Positions 49,343 through 62,740 of a stretch of DNA of 64,000 nucleotides are shown one piece after another. This DNA is from Epiperipatus broadwayi (Eukaryota; Animalia; Onychophora): NCBI GenBank assembly GCA_028023455.1, contig JAQFVV010000007.1:1860001-1924000 (forward strand), read 5' to 3'. Numbering within the stretch: the stretch's first letter is position 1; each line of letters opens with the position of its first letter. The notes under the pieces were generated by a model. The model ran no database searches. It was not told the origin of the DNA and saw nothing but the letters and a program-made list of their open reading frames with translations. A program made the position numbers and the translations under genes.

Positions 49343-51950
49343 TTCAAATAGCATACCCACACTCCCTTTGATTGATGTGTGTGTGTATGTGTTTTAAAGG
49401 AAAAAAAAAAGAGAAAGCAGGCTTTATTCTCAAAATATATGTATAATTTTTTTTGCCAGGTTCGATAAATTATTTTCCACAACCCTGAACTGAATACACT
49501 TGGGTCTTGTTTTATGCGGATTATTTTAATGCGATTTTGAAGTTATGCGATTCATGTTTCGTCTTAATATCTTTCATATTTCACTATATTTATTAGATAT
49601 CAAGAAATTTAAACTATTAACTTATTTTCACTTGAAATACTTTTTTTTCTCAAAAATATAACGTTATATTAGCAACTAATGTGAATATGGCCTGAAGCTG
49701 TATTTAGAACTTAGCTTCTATGTAAATAACCTATTTATACTAATGAGTAAATAATAATAATAGATTTATACTTACATATAAAAATATCACAATAAATATT
49801 CAAAAAAATTAAACTTTTAAAACACATATTTTGTTATATATAACAGAAATAAATAATCTTTTAGATTTTTAAAATAAAAAATGAAAATTTTTTAAACTGA
49901 AAATAATCTTTCTAATGATAATGTATAATTTTTTTGTTTTGATTATGATCTCATTTTTTTAATATAGAAACAGAAAACCATTAAGACAGCACAATACTGA
50001 AAATGGTACTAGTTGTACATCACATCACGAATAAAAGTAAGGTGGCTAACAGGTTTCTCTGGGCATAATTGCTGAGAGATTCTTGACTTCATTTAAGGAG
50101 AAGCTGCAATACATCACATGACATCGAATCTGATTTCTTTCCAGTTTATAAATGAACACTAGCGGTAGTGAGTAAAATATGTATGAAAAATGTAAAAATA
50201 AATACTGTAGTTAATAAAATAAGTAAAAAAAAGTTTGTCTTGTATTAATTTTTTTCAAATATTTGAAATTTTTTATTAGTAATACTTTATTTGCTTATTT
50301 TTTTAATGTGACTTTTAAAGTAATTTTTCTTTGTTGCTTTGCTTTTATGCAAATTCTGAAAATTACAGACTCTATTTTCCATTTTTCAAGGTAAATTAAG
50401 TCTATTTTTGTGCAATTTTTTTAATGTGGGTTTTCTATGGAACTTATCTACTGCATAAAATGAGACCCAGGTGTATATGTGGGCAGAGGGAATGAAATAT
50501 CAATATGTATAATTTTTTTCTCCAGGTTTTGACATGACAATGTGGGTTTTTTCTAATGTAAACACCCACATATCCTAAATAATAATTTCAGTTTGAAAGG
50601 AAAAAAAGGGGGAAAGGTTTTTTTTGTTGTTATAAGATATATAGTTTTTTTATACATATATCTAGTATATTTTTCTAACCAGGTTCTGGATGTTCAAGCA
50701 TGAGGTCCTCAATTTATTCCATACACTGAATAGGCATGTGTGTGTAAGGAGAACTATTTATTTATTGACACCATAATACATATGGATTTCTTTTTGCCTA
50801 GGTTTGAATACTCAATTGGGGGATACGTCAATTTATTTCATACACTGGATTTGTTAATTGCTTCATACTCTGTGTCAGTAAGTATATATATGAAATTTTT
50901 TTCAGATTTTGATAAAATATGCCATAACTTTTGATATATGTATATGTATAATATATTGATGCGGGATAAATCATGTAATAATTAAAATGTTTTTTTTTTC
51001 TCTCTTATCAAAACATAAAATCCCATTAGTCATATGTTAAAATTATAAAATAGTATGTGGATATAATTTTTCCCAGACCCTATATGTAAAAATTTTTTGT
51101 TTGATTGGCATATACTGAAAAACTTCAAATAATGTTTTTTTCATTTACTGGTGCAGAGTTGCTATATACACATAGGGCAATTGAGAAAAATGTGTTGTGA
51201 TTATGATTAGAGTGGTCTGAAAAACAATTTAAAATTTTATTTTTTAAAAATATATAATGTACGTAATTTTATTTGCTCACTGAAGGCTGGTGCCCGAGAA
51301 GACTAAAGCTCTCTCCTAATAAATGTTGTCATCAGGAGAAGGGAAAAGTATAATAATAATAAAGGAAATCCAATGTTTTTTTTTGTAATATTTTAAATAG
51401 TTGAGTTAGACACGGACAACGAAATGAGTTTGGCAAAATCAATAAACTATATTAGTGTATGGGTACTCAAATAAAGCTAAACCTGCCATAGTAATAATAA
51501 ACACAATGATAAATCTTAAAAAAAAATTTTTAGTAGAAATAATTGCAGTTAATCTAAGAAAGGAACAGGCACTTTGGGGTAGAGATTATTTTAATTAATT
51601 TTGATTTATAAATTTTATAGTTTTAATTTATAAATTTCTAATATAATCCTGTGGTTTGTGAACCACATATATGTAAAATGCTGGGCAGGATAATTATGTA
51701 ACATATTGGGCAGAAAAATTTAACTATTGTAAATTGACCAAATTATTTTAATTAAGTATAACTCTACATATTGAAATGGAGATAGGGGAAGTTAGGAATA
51801 AGCTAGAGTGGACTGAGGCTAGTACAGAAAGGAACCATAGGGCAAGCCTTTTCCAGGGGGGGGGAGCAGTGAGAAGCCACATTGATAGAATATTTTAAAA
51901 ACTTTCAATTGTAATAGCAAAAGGATTAATAGAGACAATATAGCAAAAGA

Positions 51951-53900
51951 ATGGTTAGTGGTACTGAGGAAAAAATAGAAGGAGGAGGAAGTGAGGTAGA
52001 AGATATGGAAGGGATGAACAAAGGCTTAGAGGAATGGGGAAAAAGCTCTGTTACATCTGAAGAGTATGGGGAAAAGCTGTGTGAGGAGAGTATAGTTAAG
52101 GAGAATAATGTAGTAGGGGGACCAGTGCTAAAACATCAATCCAGTGGGGACAATGATTTAGAAGGAGAAAGAGAAAAGAAAGTAAGGGTGGAGCAAGATC
52201 CAAAGGAAGGATATGTAGAAAGCCTTCTATATTCTAAAAACTCCTCCATGATACAATCTGTCATGAGTGCAAACTTTATCACCCTGCTTTCCCAACTTAT
52301 AAAAAAAGAGTTAGACTGACATCAAGGGTAGATGGGAGAAGAGTCAAGAAAGTCAGATGAAATCAATGGGTAGAGGAGAGATTAGAGGGTCTGGAGTCCA
52401 AAATTTAAAAGAGTTCTGAAGAGAACTGGCAGAATATGGAAAAATTTGAGAAGAATCTGGAGACCAGAAATAAAGAAATAAAGAAAAGGCTGTGAGAAAG
52501 TTTAGAAAAGTTGAGAATTGATTGTATGCATAATTTTAAAAATATAAAAGTTGAGGTCACCAAGCTCTTAAAAGCTCACAAGGAAGAAATGGGCCAAGCT
52601 ATCCAGAAATTAGGGAGTGAATGCGAGATAACAAGACAGATGGTCAGGACCCACAAAGATTCATTAGGGATAGTGGTAGGAGAAATTAAAAATGAATTAG
52701 TGATGAAACTAATTATTGCCAGAGAAGAGCTGAAGGTGCAAGAAGAGACTATAAAGAAATTACAGAGTACACAGTGGGATATTTTGGATAGCCTGCATAC
52801 AGATGGTCAGGACTCACAAAGATTCATTAGGGGTAGTGGTAGGAGAAATTAAAAATGAATTAGTGATGAAACTAACCATTGCCAGAGAAGAGCTGAAGGT
52901 GCAAGAAGAGACTATAAAGAAATTACAGAGTACACAGTGGGATATTTTGGATAGCCTGCATGAACTAAAAGAAAACCTAACCCATGTTCAGATACCTCTT
53001 TTACAGACACCAACATGCCAAGGGGACCATATTAACCCACCAATGGGACAGATACATACAGCCCTGGAAATCTTGGTTAGTCAAAAGAATAGGGATGACC
53101 TGAGTATGGAGATAGAAATATGTAAGCCTAAACAGATGATGTGTAGAAGCTACATTACCCAAGATTGGGGAGACTGGGAATGTAAATGAGTCTCTGGTTT
53201 CGGTTGTGGTTTATGATATGAAATATTGGGCACCAGAAATTATTGTTGTAGGAAAGACAGAAGAGAGAGAAGAGGGGTCCAGCCACCAAGGCCAGTGCAG
53301 GATGTGCCAGAGGAGATACCCCATATATCTGAGGTGAACCCTCCATTTCAGATTGCCAAGTTTATACAAGTGAGGACTTTTAAGGCTGAAGTGGGAGAAA
53401 GTCCAAAAGCCCATTTGGAAAGCTTGCAGGAGCTTTTCCATTTTCAATGAGTGGGAGCATCTGACCAGATAGCGTTGGCTGTACATTACCTACAGTGCTA
53501 TGCTAAGTCATGGTGGGATTCTTTGATGGCAAAACCATCAACATTCAAGAGTTACCAAACCACCCTGACTAGATGTTGTTGGAGTACTGAATGACAGAAC
53601 AGCATCTATTATGCAGTCTTGCAGAAAAATTATGAGTCTATTCCCAAAAAAACTAATGTGCAATTTTTTATAAGACAGGTGTCATGACTGCATTTCCTGT
53701 CTGCCCTTATGTTTACTGATATCCAAATAATTTTGGCCATACATCAAAATATGCCCTTACTGATACAACAGATGATTACTGGGTGTCATTCTAAAGTCAT
53801 TGAGGAAATGGCCGAGTCATCGAGGAAATGGCCAAGTTATTAACAACAATTGATTATACCCACTGTGCTAGAGAGTCACTCAAAAAGATCCACCAAGTGG
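51951..53900 (+). pseudogene. gag: E gag remnant (acidic N-terminus, coiled coil, capsid-like domain)
   Basis: Broken ORFs 51951-52319, 52511-53189, 53226-53450 (FQIAKFIQVRTFKAEVGESPKAHLESL), then YAKSWWDSL; similar to the capsid segments of A', B and D. Confidence 0.75.
52636..52961 (+). repeat. 163-bp tandem duplication in E gag
   Basis: 52636-52798 repeated at 52799-52961 with about 4 differences; shifts the frame (ORFs 52511 and 52803 share the same peptide). Confidence 0.95.
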
Positions 53901-53989
53901 AGCCACCAAGCAGTCAGGCAGTGGCAGTCGATCAAGGACAGCCAAAAAGGAATTCTGGCCAAGCAAGGGTGAAAAGACCCTATGAAGTA

Positions 53990-56900
53990 GGGCAGTTGTT
54001 GAACTGCATGGGACCCTGTTAAGTAGTTTCTCTTATTGGAGTCCTGTTGATATTAAAAGGAATGCACCATACCTGGAAAGATTAGAACCACGATAGTAGA
54101 TAGGGAAAAGATTGAGAATGAAACTTACTTTGGGCCATGTCCCAGGGTGCAAATTGCCATTGGCAGTATGGTGGTATCTGCATTGTAGCTGGACCTTAGG
54201 TAGGGACCATCCACATTCACACCCTTTTTGGGTCATGTCCAGGTTGATCCATGATGTGGTGGTGGACAGTGAATTCTTGGGAGATATCAGGATATTTTTG
54301 ACTATGACCATGTAACAGTTTTATTGCATCATGAGCAAGTTAAACTGGAGACCCAGGTGAGTGTCCCTGAGATGTTCAGGCAGTGTATACAGGCAGGCCC
54401 AGATCAGAACCTGATCATGCAGTGGAGAGAGGAGTCTTTTTTGATGAATCCCAAACAAAAGAGGATGTTGAGGGAGGTGCTTAGTAAAAATAAAAGAGCA
54501 TTTTTCAGTGTGCCAAGATAAATAAAAGGATTTAACCATCAAATTAGGGTAAAGGAAGAGGCCAATTTCCATACCCTTTTAGTATCAGGGACAGATCCCA
54601 CAAATGCTAGATTGGGAAATTATAAAAAAAACCCATCACCATACAATAATCCCTTGGTGGTGGTGATAAAGAAGAATGGATCCATAAGACTCTACTTAGA
54701 TGCCTGGAGGTTAAATAGTATAATCATCCCAGAGAGAAATGTACCACCACTCATACCTGAATGGAAAAAGGGATTTTTCTACCTTGGACCTGGTTGCCAG
54801 TTATTGGCAGATTGTACTTGATCCCAGGAATCAAAAATATATCATGTTCAGATACCAGGCACAATCACATGCATTCTGGAAAGTACCCCTCAGGCTAATT
54901 AACAGTGGTCCAGCCTTGATGAGATGCCTGGACCAAATTTTGTATGAAGGAGTCAAAAGATACATCATCAGTTACATGGACAATGTAGTCATGGCATTAT
55001 GAGATTTAGAAGAACATTGAGGTCACTTGAGGAAATTCTTTTCTGAGTGTGCAAAAACATTATTGTGAATATGCAGGAAAGCCATTTCATCCTTAAAGAA
55101 ATTACATTTTTGGGTCATCTTGTTAGTGGGGAGAATCTCTGCACTTACCCTAACAAGATTCTCACCATAAAGATCTATCCTAGGCCCACCTCCCATAAAC
55201 ATGTATGATCATTTATGGGGTTATGTAATTATTACCACAAATTTTACCACAGGTTTGCACAACAGGCTACAACCATCTTGGAGTTACTGAACAAAGGACA
55301 ACTCTGGGAATGGGTCAAGAGACATGAATCTACCTTTGAGAAGACCAAACAGAATTTTGAAGATAGTTATGTTACATCACCCCGACTTCACAGCCATTTC
55401 ATGTACAGACAGCAGCCAGAGAGGTTTAGGGGTGGTGTTGCTTCCAATAAATCAGCTATGGCAACCCAAAGTCCTGTACTTTAGCAGTGACACATTGAGA
55501 GGTGCTGAGCTGAATTATACCATCAGCAAAAAAGAGATGTTGGCCATCGTTTGGGCTTGCAACACATTCAAACAGTTCCTGATTGGGTCCAAAGTCATAA
55601 GTATCACTGACCATTGTTGCTTAGAATTTTTTAATAGGAGTTACCTAAGCAGTGATTGTCTAAACAGGTGCAGCCTGGCTCTACAGAAGTTCAACTACCA
55701 GGTAATATACTTTCCTGGTCAGAACAACATGGTTGCCAATATACTTAGTCAAAACCTAATAGAAATTGAATCATATCACCCAACTCTGGGTGATCTACTG
55801 TTAACACTGATGGCCAATATGATAGATAGTCAATTGAGGGGAACCTTCAAAACCTTCTTAATTGGCAAGAAAGACATTTCCAATATCTTAAAATTATAAG
55901 GCTCCTCAAGCAGGACCCTGCTCATAGCAAGGGAATAAACGTAAGGAGATATCAGATTAGAAATGGGGATTTACAAAAATAAGTAAGTCCAGAGAACTGC
56001 CCTTGGAGGATTTTAGTCACTCTTGGATTAAGGGAGCACCTGATTTGTTATGTACATTGCCTTGTGGGACACTATGGACCATAAAAACTGAAAAGGCCAT
56101 TTGGTAACAGTTTTATTGGGATGATTTACATACAGATATTTTGAGAACACTATGGAGGTGTGTTCTATGTGCCTGTGATAAACCATGCAATAGGTCATAC
56201 CAGGGTCCATTTCAGACCTGTCATCCCATAAGCTCCAAATGAATTTTTGGCAGTGGATCATTATGGGCCATTGTAACCTTTTCACTGATATCAATCCCTG
56301 TTTGTTACATATGATTTGGTTTTCAAAATATGCCCAAGCATATCCAGTACAATGGGCTGACTCTGGGTGTGCAATAAAGGTTTTACAAGATTGGTAGTTT
56401 TTGATCATTGGAAAACCTAAGATCCTTTCCAATCGTGGGTCTGATTTTATGTTAGGGAGATGGAAAGCATGGGTGAGACAGATGGGTATTGAACATACCT
56501 TGACTTTCATAAGAAACCACCAGCCTAACCCATGTAAAAAATAATGAGTGAAATTAATCATTTATACCATACCCATTTAGATATTCACCACAAAGGATGG
56601 GTAAGCTGATCCAAAGAAATAGTACAATATATTAATAATATAGTAAATGAATCCACTGGGTTCACCCCATCATGTTTGCACTTTGGGGAGTGGAACCAAC
56701 CTTTGGTCTAGACACTATTATCAGAGGAATATGGATGCCTTGACCGAGACAGGGATTTTTTTGCTGCAAGAGTGAGATTAAGACAATGCGATGAGATTTG
56801 TAAGGTGGAAATACTCATCAGTTTAGGGAAGATAATCAGGTTTGGGTTAAAATGCCTAGACCTAGTATTAAGTTTCATGGGGAATACAAAAATTTTCCCC

Positions 56901-57010
56901 CTTGTACCAAGGCCTATATCACATTAAGAGAGATTATGGGAATAATTTTTACATGGTGAACTATGGGAATATGATCATCAGGGTTTACAATGCCTGTAAC
57001 CTAAAACCAT
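53990..57010 (+). pseudogene. pol: E pol remnant (protease, RT, RNase H, integrase)
   Basis: SPYNNPLVVVIKKNGSIRLYLDAWRLN, FSTLDL..YWQI, YMDN, TDSSQRGLG..YTISKKEMLAIVWAC, HHCC-like region near 56050-56180, integrase C-terminus to about 57010; many stops and frameshifts. Confidence 0.9.
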
Positions 57011-57430
57011 GTGTCCATCAACCCCCTGATCCTACCTAAATAATCATAAGATGAACATAGATCAAACCCTCCCTTTTTTTCTTCTAAACTAAACCAACCA
57101 ACTCTGTGGTTTTACTAATAACATATGAATCCTTTTAATATGTGTTTTTATATATCACTTTATAAGAATAATTTTCTTTTTCTAAATTGTATATTGTAAT
57201 TACTTTAGGTAGAAGTGTTTCTTATCATTATTTATTTCTATTTTTTATATAAGCTCTTTATGGGATGGAGCATGAGAGTATAGGTATTAGCAAAGCAAAG
57301 TGTAGGATATGTTCAGACAGGAGTAAAATTTAAAATTAGTCATTCCTATGAATACCAAGATTGATCATTGTATAAAATTCAAAATTAAATAAAAGCATGT
57401 TTTTTGTTTTTTAAAGTAAGTTTGGGGATA

Positions 57431-58645
57431 TGAAACAGTCAGTTTCATCCACTTGTCTGTTTTGTGTATTTTACCCCACACTTATATCTATGCCAGGTTT
57501 AAATCCTCTCAGAGTACCCATTTAAACAACCATAACTTACTATATATGCAAGATCACACATATATATGTGAATGGTAAGTCTGTAATTTAATAATACGTG
57601 TATATATTGCAGATATGTGCTCATTTTTAAAGATTTCTAGTTTAAAAAATATTTTAGACTAAATTATTTAGTGAATTTCATGGTTATATTACTGAAATCG
57701 CATATATATATATATATATAATTTCTCAGACCTGTTATTCTACATATATAGTAATAAAATGTTTTATACTAAGTATCAAAGAAGATTTTAAGTTTACTTG
57801 TAAACAACTTTTAAATTATGTCATGCAATAGTCTTAAAATAGTGAACTTGATTTTATAAATCTAAAATTTTAATGATCACAGAATTTTATAGAGATCTCA
57901 CAATAAACTGCAGGGGGGGGGGGTTAGAAAAGCAAAATCTAATTTAGTTGTCATAATTAAATAAGTTTTTCTAAAATAAAGTAATGGAGTTTTCAGCTAG
58001 TTTTAGTAATTAAATAGGTGAGTTTTTCAACTATAATCAAGCTTATAAAGATAAACAGGTGGCCAGAGTTAAAAAAATATAAATACTTAAAGCTTTGTGA
58101 CCAGAAAAAAAGTTATTTTTTTAATGAGTTGTAAACCAAACCAACATTCATTTTATCTTTGAAATGGCAGGGTAGGTTGGCAATCACTTACCTCTTTCTC
58201 CTTGCCAGGGTTGCAAAGAACTTTGGTCCAATAAAATACAAAGAGGCATAGATCAGCCAAAGCAGCCTGTGGAGGAACCTTTATTAATGTTAAATCATCA
58301 CAAAAAGTGTCAACTTATTACTGTCCAAGTGCCCAAAACTGCAATGAAAACAACTGACCGGTAAATTTTTACTCAGAATTTTGTTCATAAACTGTGACTT
58401 TCAATTCTCTATTTTAAAGCTAGCTATTTACTAAATCTATCTTTACCAACACCTTTTCTAAAATCTGCAAAAAAGCTATTAAGCACTAATGTTTGAATCT
58501 TGTCTGATTGTAAAACTTGTAATATTAAATTCTATTTCAAAATGTAAAACTATGATAATCTAATTTAAACTAAATGTATAATTTTCTGTGGTCTTCTGTG
58601 CCTATTTTTGATCTATTTAATTTTATAATTTTATCATTTTAATAC
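57431..58645 (+). repeat. E 3' LTR (5' portion; interrupted at 58646)
   Basis: Direct repeat of 7806-8975 with an extra segment of about 77 bp (57981-58057); preceded by AAGTTTGGGGATA. Confidence 0.85.
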
Positions 58646-61425
58646 TGTACCAGTCAAAACATGAGCTGGAACTCACAAAATGTTCTTCAAACCTGGTCAA
58701 GCCTGAGATTTAGGTCAGGGACCAGCCTGGATTCAAACCCACTCTCTAAGCCCCAGATCAAACACCTAATGGATAACACAACAATGATGGCACATGAAAA
58801 TTAATTCTTAATCTGGCCCATTAGCAAAGCGGAGAAAACAATGAGACATCTATTACTATGACTAAACTAAAATATATATAAGCATGGCTGTATGTTTGGA
58901 AGTGGAGAAAAGAGGAATTCGAACTACTCAGACAAGTTGGATAATAAAAATTAGTTTAATATAGTGACAAATTGTTTACATACATTTATAAATTAATTGC
59001 AAACATTAGTATGTGCATGAATGAGCAAGCAATAGAGGATTACATAGTGTCATTCACACTATTATTTCTCATATGCTCTTTATTAGCTAAATAATATATT
59101 ATAAATAAGCACACATTTTTGGTGGGTCCAATATTAAGATGCCAATCAATTATTAGAAAGAGTTTACATAAAATTTCTATTAACACTTTGAGTTACAGTT
59201 CTGAAACATGGTGACTAACATTATTTCAGGGAGTGGTCTGAGATTCATTACAGATATAATGTAAACTATATTCATGCCATTATGGTCATGAAAATAAATA
59301 AAATACATTTGAAAACATATTTGATTATATGACAAAATACTTAATGAAACTTCTTTTAATTAGTGCTGGTAAGAAGAACACTTTATTTTTCCCAAGGCAT
59401 ATAGATACTCTTAAATAAAAAATAAGTTATGATGGTGGGATTGTATAAGACTAAAATAAATTTAATTAATAAAACTAGAAGTAATTGGCATTTATATATA
59501 TATATATTTTAAGCAGAGCATAATTTTAATATTAGAGCATTAAAACTGAGTTATGAAGCAAAAGAAATAATAATACAAAAAAGTTTGTGGTGCTGACATA
59601 ATAACCAGAAAATAACAGGAAAAGTTGTGCTTCTGGACAAAAGATGAAGTCTAAGACTCCCTTCTTGGGTAGTGCTTAGAGAAAAATTGATAAGCATGCC
59701 ATGGACATCAACGATGTGCAAGCCCTTTGTATGAAAAAAGCAGATAGGCATAGCATGTGCCAGACTTAGGGAATCACCACCAGAGGCCCTTTTATATAAA
59801 ATAAATGGATAGGCATATCGTGTGCCAAACTGATGGAAATCCCAGCCAGAGGCCATTTTATACAAAATAAATGGTTAGGCGTAGCATGTGCCAAACTTAT
59901 GGGAATCACAGCCAGAGGCCTTTTTATACGAAATAAGTGGTCCTGGGAAAATTAACTATCCTCAGGACAAGGCTTGAGAAGAAATCTATGGGTTCGAACT
60001 TGTCATAACCCCCAGATTAAGAAGCACATATATATAATCACAAAGATAAGGACAAATGTCAGTAATGAAGTATGGGTAAATGTCACTAACAACATTGAAT
60101 AAAATTTACTGCTTTAAAAATAAATGACCTTAGTTTGAATGCCATAATTTTTATAAATAAGATGCTATGCCACTAGAATATATATAGAGAGATTTAGATT
60201 TCAAATTAATATAATATATGTTAAGATTTGACCCCCTCCTTTTTTGCTATTTAAAATAAATAAATCACACCTTTGTTGATTTTATAATAACTGGAATATT
60301 TAAGTACTGTATTTGATATTTTAAGAGTAAATAAAAAAAAGACTAGCAGTTATATAGAAAACAAATAATCAGTCACTTTTTCAGAATTGAATAACATTTA
60401 TAAAATAAATAAGATTTCAAAGCATTAATTAGCTTGAGTTCTGGATTCACCTCGGGTCAAAAATCCAGAGTTAAACAAATCTATTTTTTATACTAAAACA
60501 TAAATAAAATGTTGGCTCGTAAAACAATCTGGCAAGTGTATTAATTAATAATGCATTATATTGTAAGGAGACATTAATTATGGGGGGTTACTTAAAAAGA
60601 AAGAAAAGATTTTAAAAATTCAACTCATCATATTGCCTGAGATTAGCATATTAATAATAAAAACATACATATAAATAAATTACCACACCAGAGTTAAAGA
60701 AAGTTAGAGCATATGAGATAAAATTAAATATATAGAAATCATTTAAGAGCAAATACATATAAGAAAAGTTACAAAATTAAATTATACATTAGGAGAAATT
60801 GATAGTAGAGTTTGTGACTAGTTAAGCAAGCTAGATTTAGTTTCAATGGTGGTGGTTTGAAATAATTTACCTTGTACAATTTTAAGAGTTCATATTAAAA
60901 AGTCCACCTCATGCATGGCAATTGGTTTTTAAATAACAGCAAGCCTTTATTCAGCATTCCACAATTCTCCAGTCAGGCTTTTACTTTATTCTACAGGAGC
61001 ATGATATAATGGCTGCAGAAGATGATGACCCAACAGGGTTGAGAAGGGTGATGGATTTTTCTACTACATCATTTTAAGTTTTAAGCGATGTGTAATATGT
61101 TTACATTACACTTCTCTCAATAGTAGCTAATCTGTTGGTGATTTAAAATCCAGCCATTTTATACTCTTCTCAGGTATTTCTGGAATTCTTTTAATCACTT
61201 AGTTTTAGTCTCAAAATCTAATCTCTGATCTTAAAATTTCTTACATTTTCTTTATCGATTGTATTTGAAAAATGCACCTGTTAGGTAACATTCCAAAAGT
61301 ATATTCAAATCTATTTTGAGATTAGAAATAGAATTGACATAATGTTTATAACAAAAGTACAATCTTTAATCCTTAGTAATTTTACTTACAGCCCCTAAAT
61401 CTTGTGTAATGGGGTGATTTAATTG

Positions 61426-61487
<62 letters not shown>

Positions 61488-62740
61488 ATATATATATAAA
61501 TTTATATATATATATATATATATATAAATCTTAAGAAATAATTAACATAAACATTAATGAATCTATGCAGCCATCTACTGCCAACTTAAATTTAATACAT
61601 TTTAATAATTTAGTTAATAGATAAAAATAAATAAAATGGAAATGATTAGCAGACATAATGCATAAAAAAATATTAATAATTGATTTAGAATTTTTCATTT
61701 TAGGTCAGATAAGAGTTCATACTTTATATAACTAATTGAAAGTTTGTTAAAGTTCATATTGAATAAACAAGAGTTCAGACTTTCCATGAGGAGTCTGAAG
61801 TCTGTCTTTTTCCATGAGAGATCTGAAGTTCATTTAATATTTCTGGGAAGACTGGTCCATGTTTGCTGCCATTCAGTACTCATTAGTTTGGAGCCTGCCT
61901 CAGCTGGTATATATCAGGAAATTAAATCTATTACAGACTCTTACATCATGGAGTCTGAAATACAGATATAGTTCATATGTAGATTAATAATCAGATTTCT
62001 GCAACAATAATTCATGAATTTAATTATTTTGGCTTTTATTTTTTAATAAAATCACTTTTACTTAAGATTTATTTCCCTCTTCCTTTTAATTTTAAAATAA
62101 TATAACGGCATATGTATACCATTACAATATATATATATATATATATATTGTGCCCTTTTCTTTAGGTCAGAATAAATTCATTGTATCAATTTACTAAAAA
62201 AATTTAAATTTAAGGAGTATTCTATTGGTATGATTACTATTTTATGCTGACAATCTTTTTTAAAACTTAATTAAAGTAAAATGAGAATATTTAATGTATA
62301 AAACTATGCTAAAAATAGTTAAAACAGTGGTTGGAAAAGCTAAAAATAGTTAAAACAGTGGTTGGAAAAGCTGGCCATAATAAAATAATGTATTAATAAG
62401 TCTATTAAATAAGTATTAAAAGCTGAATTTTAAAAGCAATAACTTACAATTAAATAAATATTATATTTTACAGTATAAATTATATTTAATAATTGTATTT
62501 AAAATTATATGTTTTAAAAGTAGTTTTTGTGGTAGAGAAATGTATATTTAATTTTATAGTATCAACATTATTATTCTAAATTATATTATTATTATTTTTT
62601 AATATAATATTTGTTGCAATTGAACATTTATTTTAGTCCCAGACAGCATTGGATACAGGCTATGTCTAAGTTGTAAGTCATGTGACATGTAAACATTTAT
62701 ACATGTGCTTACAAATCTTGTTGTTAATAAAGTTTCAAAA
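58646..62740 (-). mobile_element. LTR of the D/C-related group inserted in the E 3' LTR; right end uncertain
   Basis: TGTACCAGT start; 58646-58850 aligns with 10345-10560 and 45882-46100; minus TATATA plus R-like GC-richer block near 61780-61915. The end coordinate is a guess (GTTTCA 62732-62737); no TSD found. Confidence 0.45.
59720..59940. repeat. Minisatellite, 65-66 bp unit, about 3.3 copies
   Basis: (A/T)TAGGC at 59744, 59809, 59875, each followed by ..TGTGCCA(G/A)ACT..CCAGAGGCC..TTTTATA..AAATAA. Confidence 0.9.

Larger units (their letters stand above)
7806..58645 (+). mobile_element. Element E: outermost decayed Ty3/Gypsy LTR retrotransposon (3' end not resolved)
   Basis: LTR start TGAAACAGT at 7806 and 57431 with about 1.2 kb of shared sequence; 5' LTR split by D at an ATAT TSD; PBS-like site at 49323; gag-pol remnants 51951-57010; GGGGATA purine tract before 57431. 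Confidence 0.75.

Noticed and set aside
59720-59940. CRISPR-like array or ribozyme repeat
   Set aside because: Whole units repeat with no unique spacers, no cas genes, eukaryotic context; CTGATGG at about 59830 is not a conserved hammerhead core.
62308-62372. 31-bp tandem duplication; also short repeats at 2535-2610 and 6660-6775 and a hairpin at 60437-60467
   Set aside because: Real but isolated slippage-type events with no further structure or function evident.
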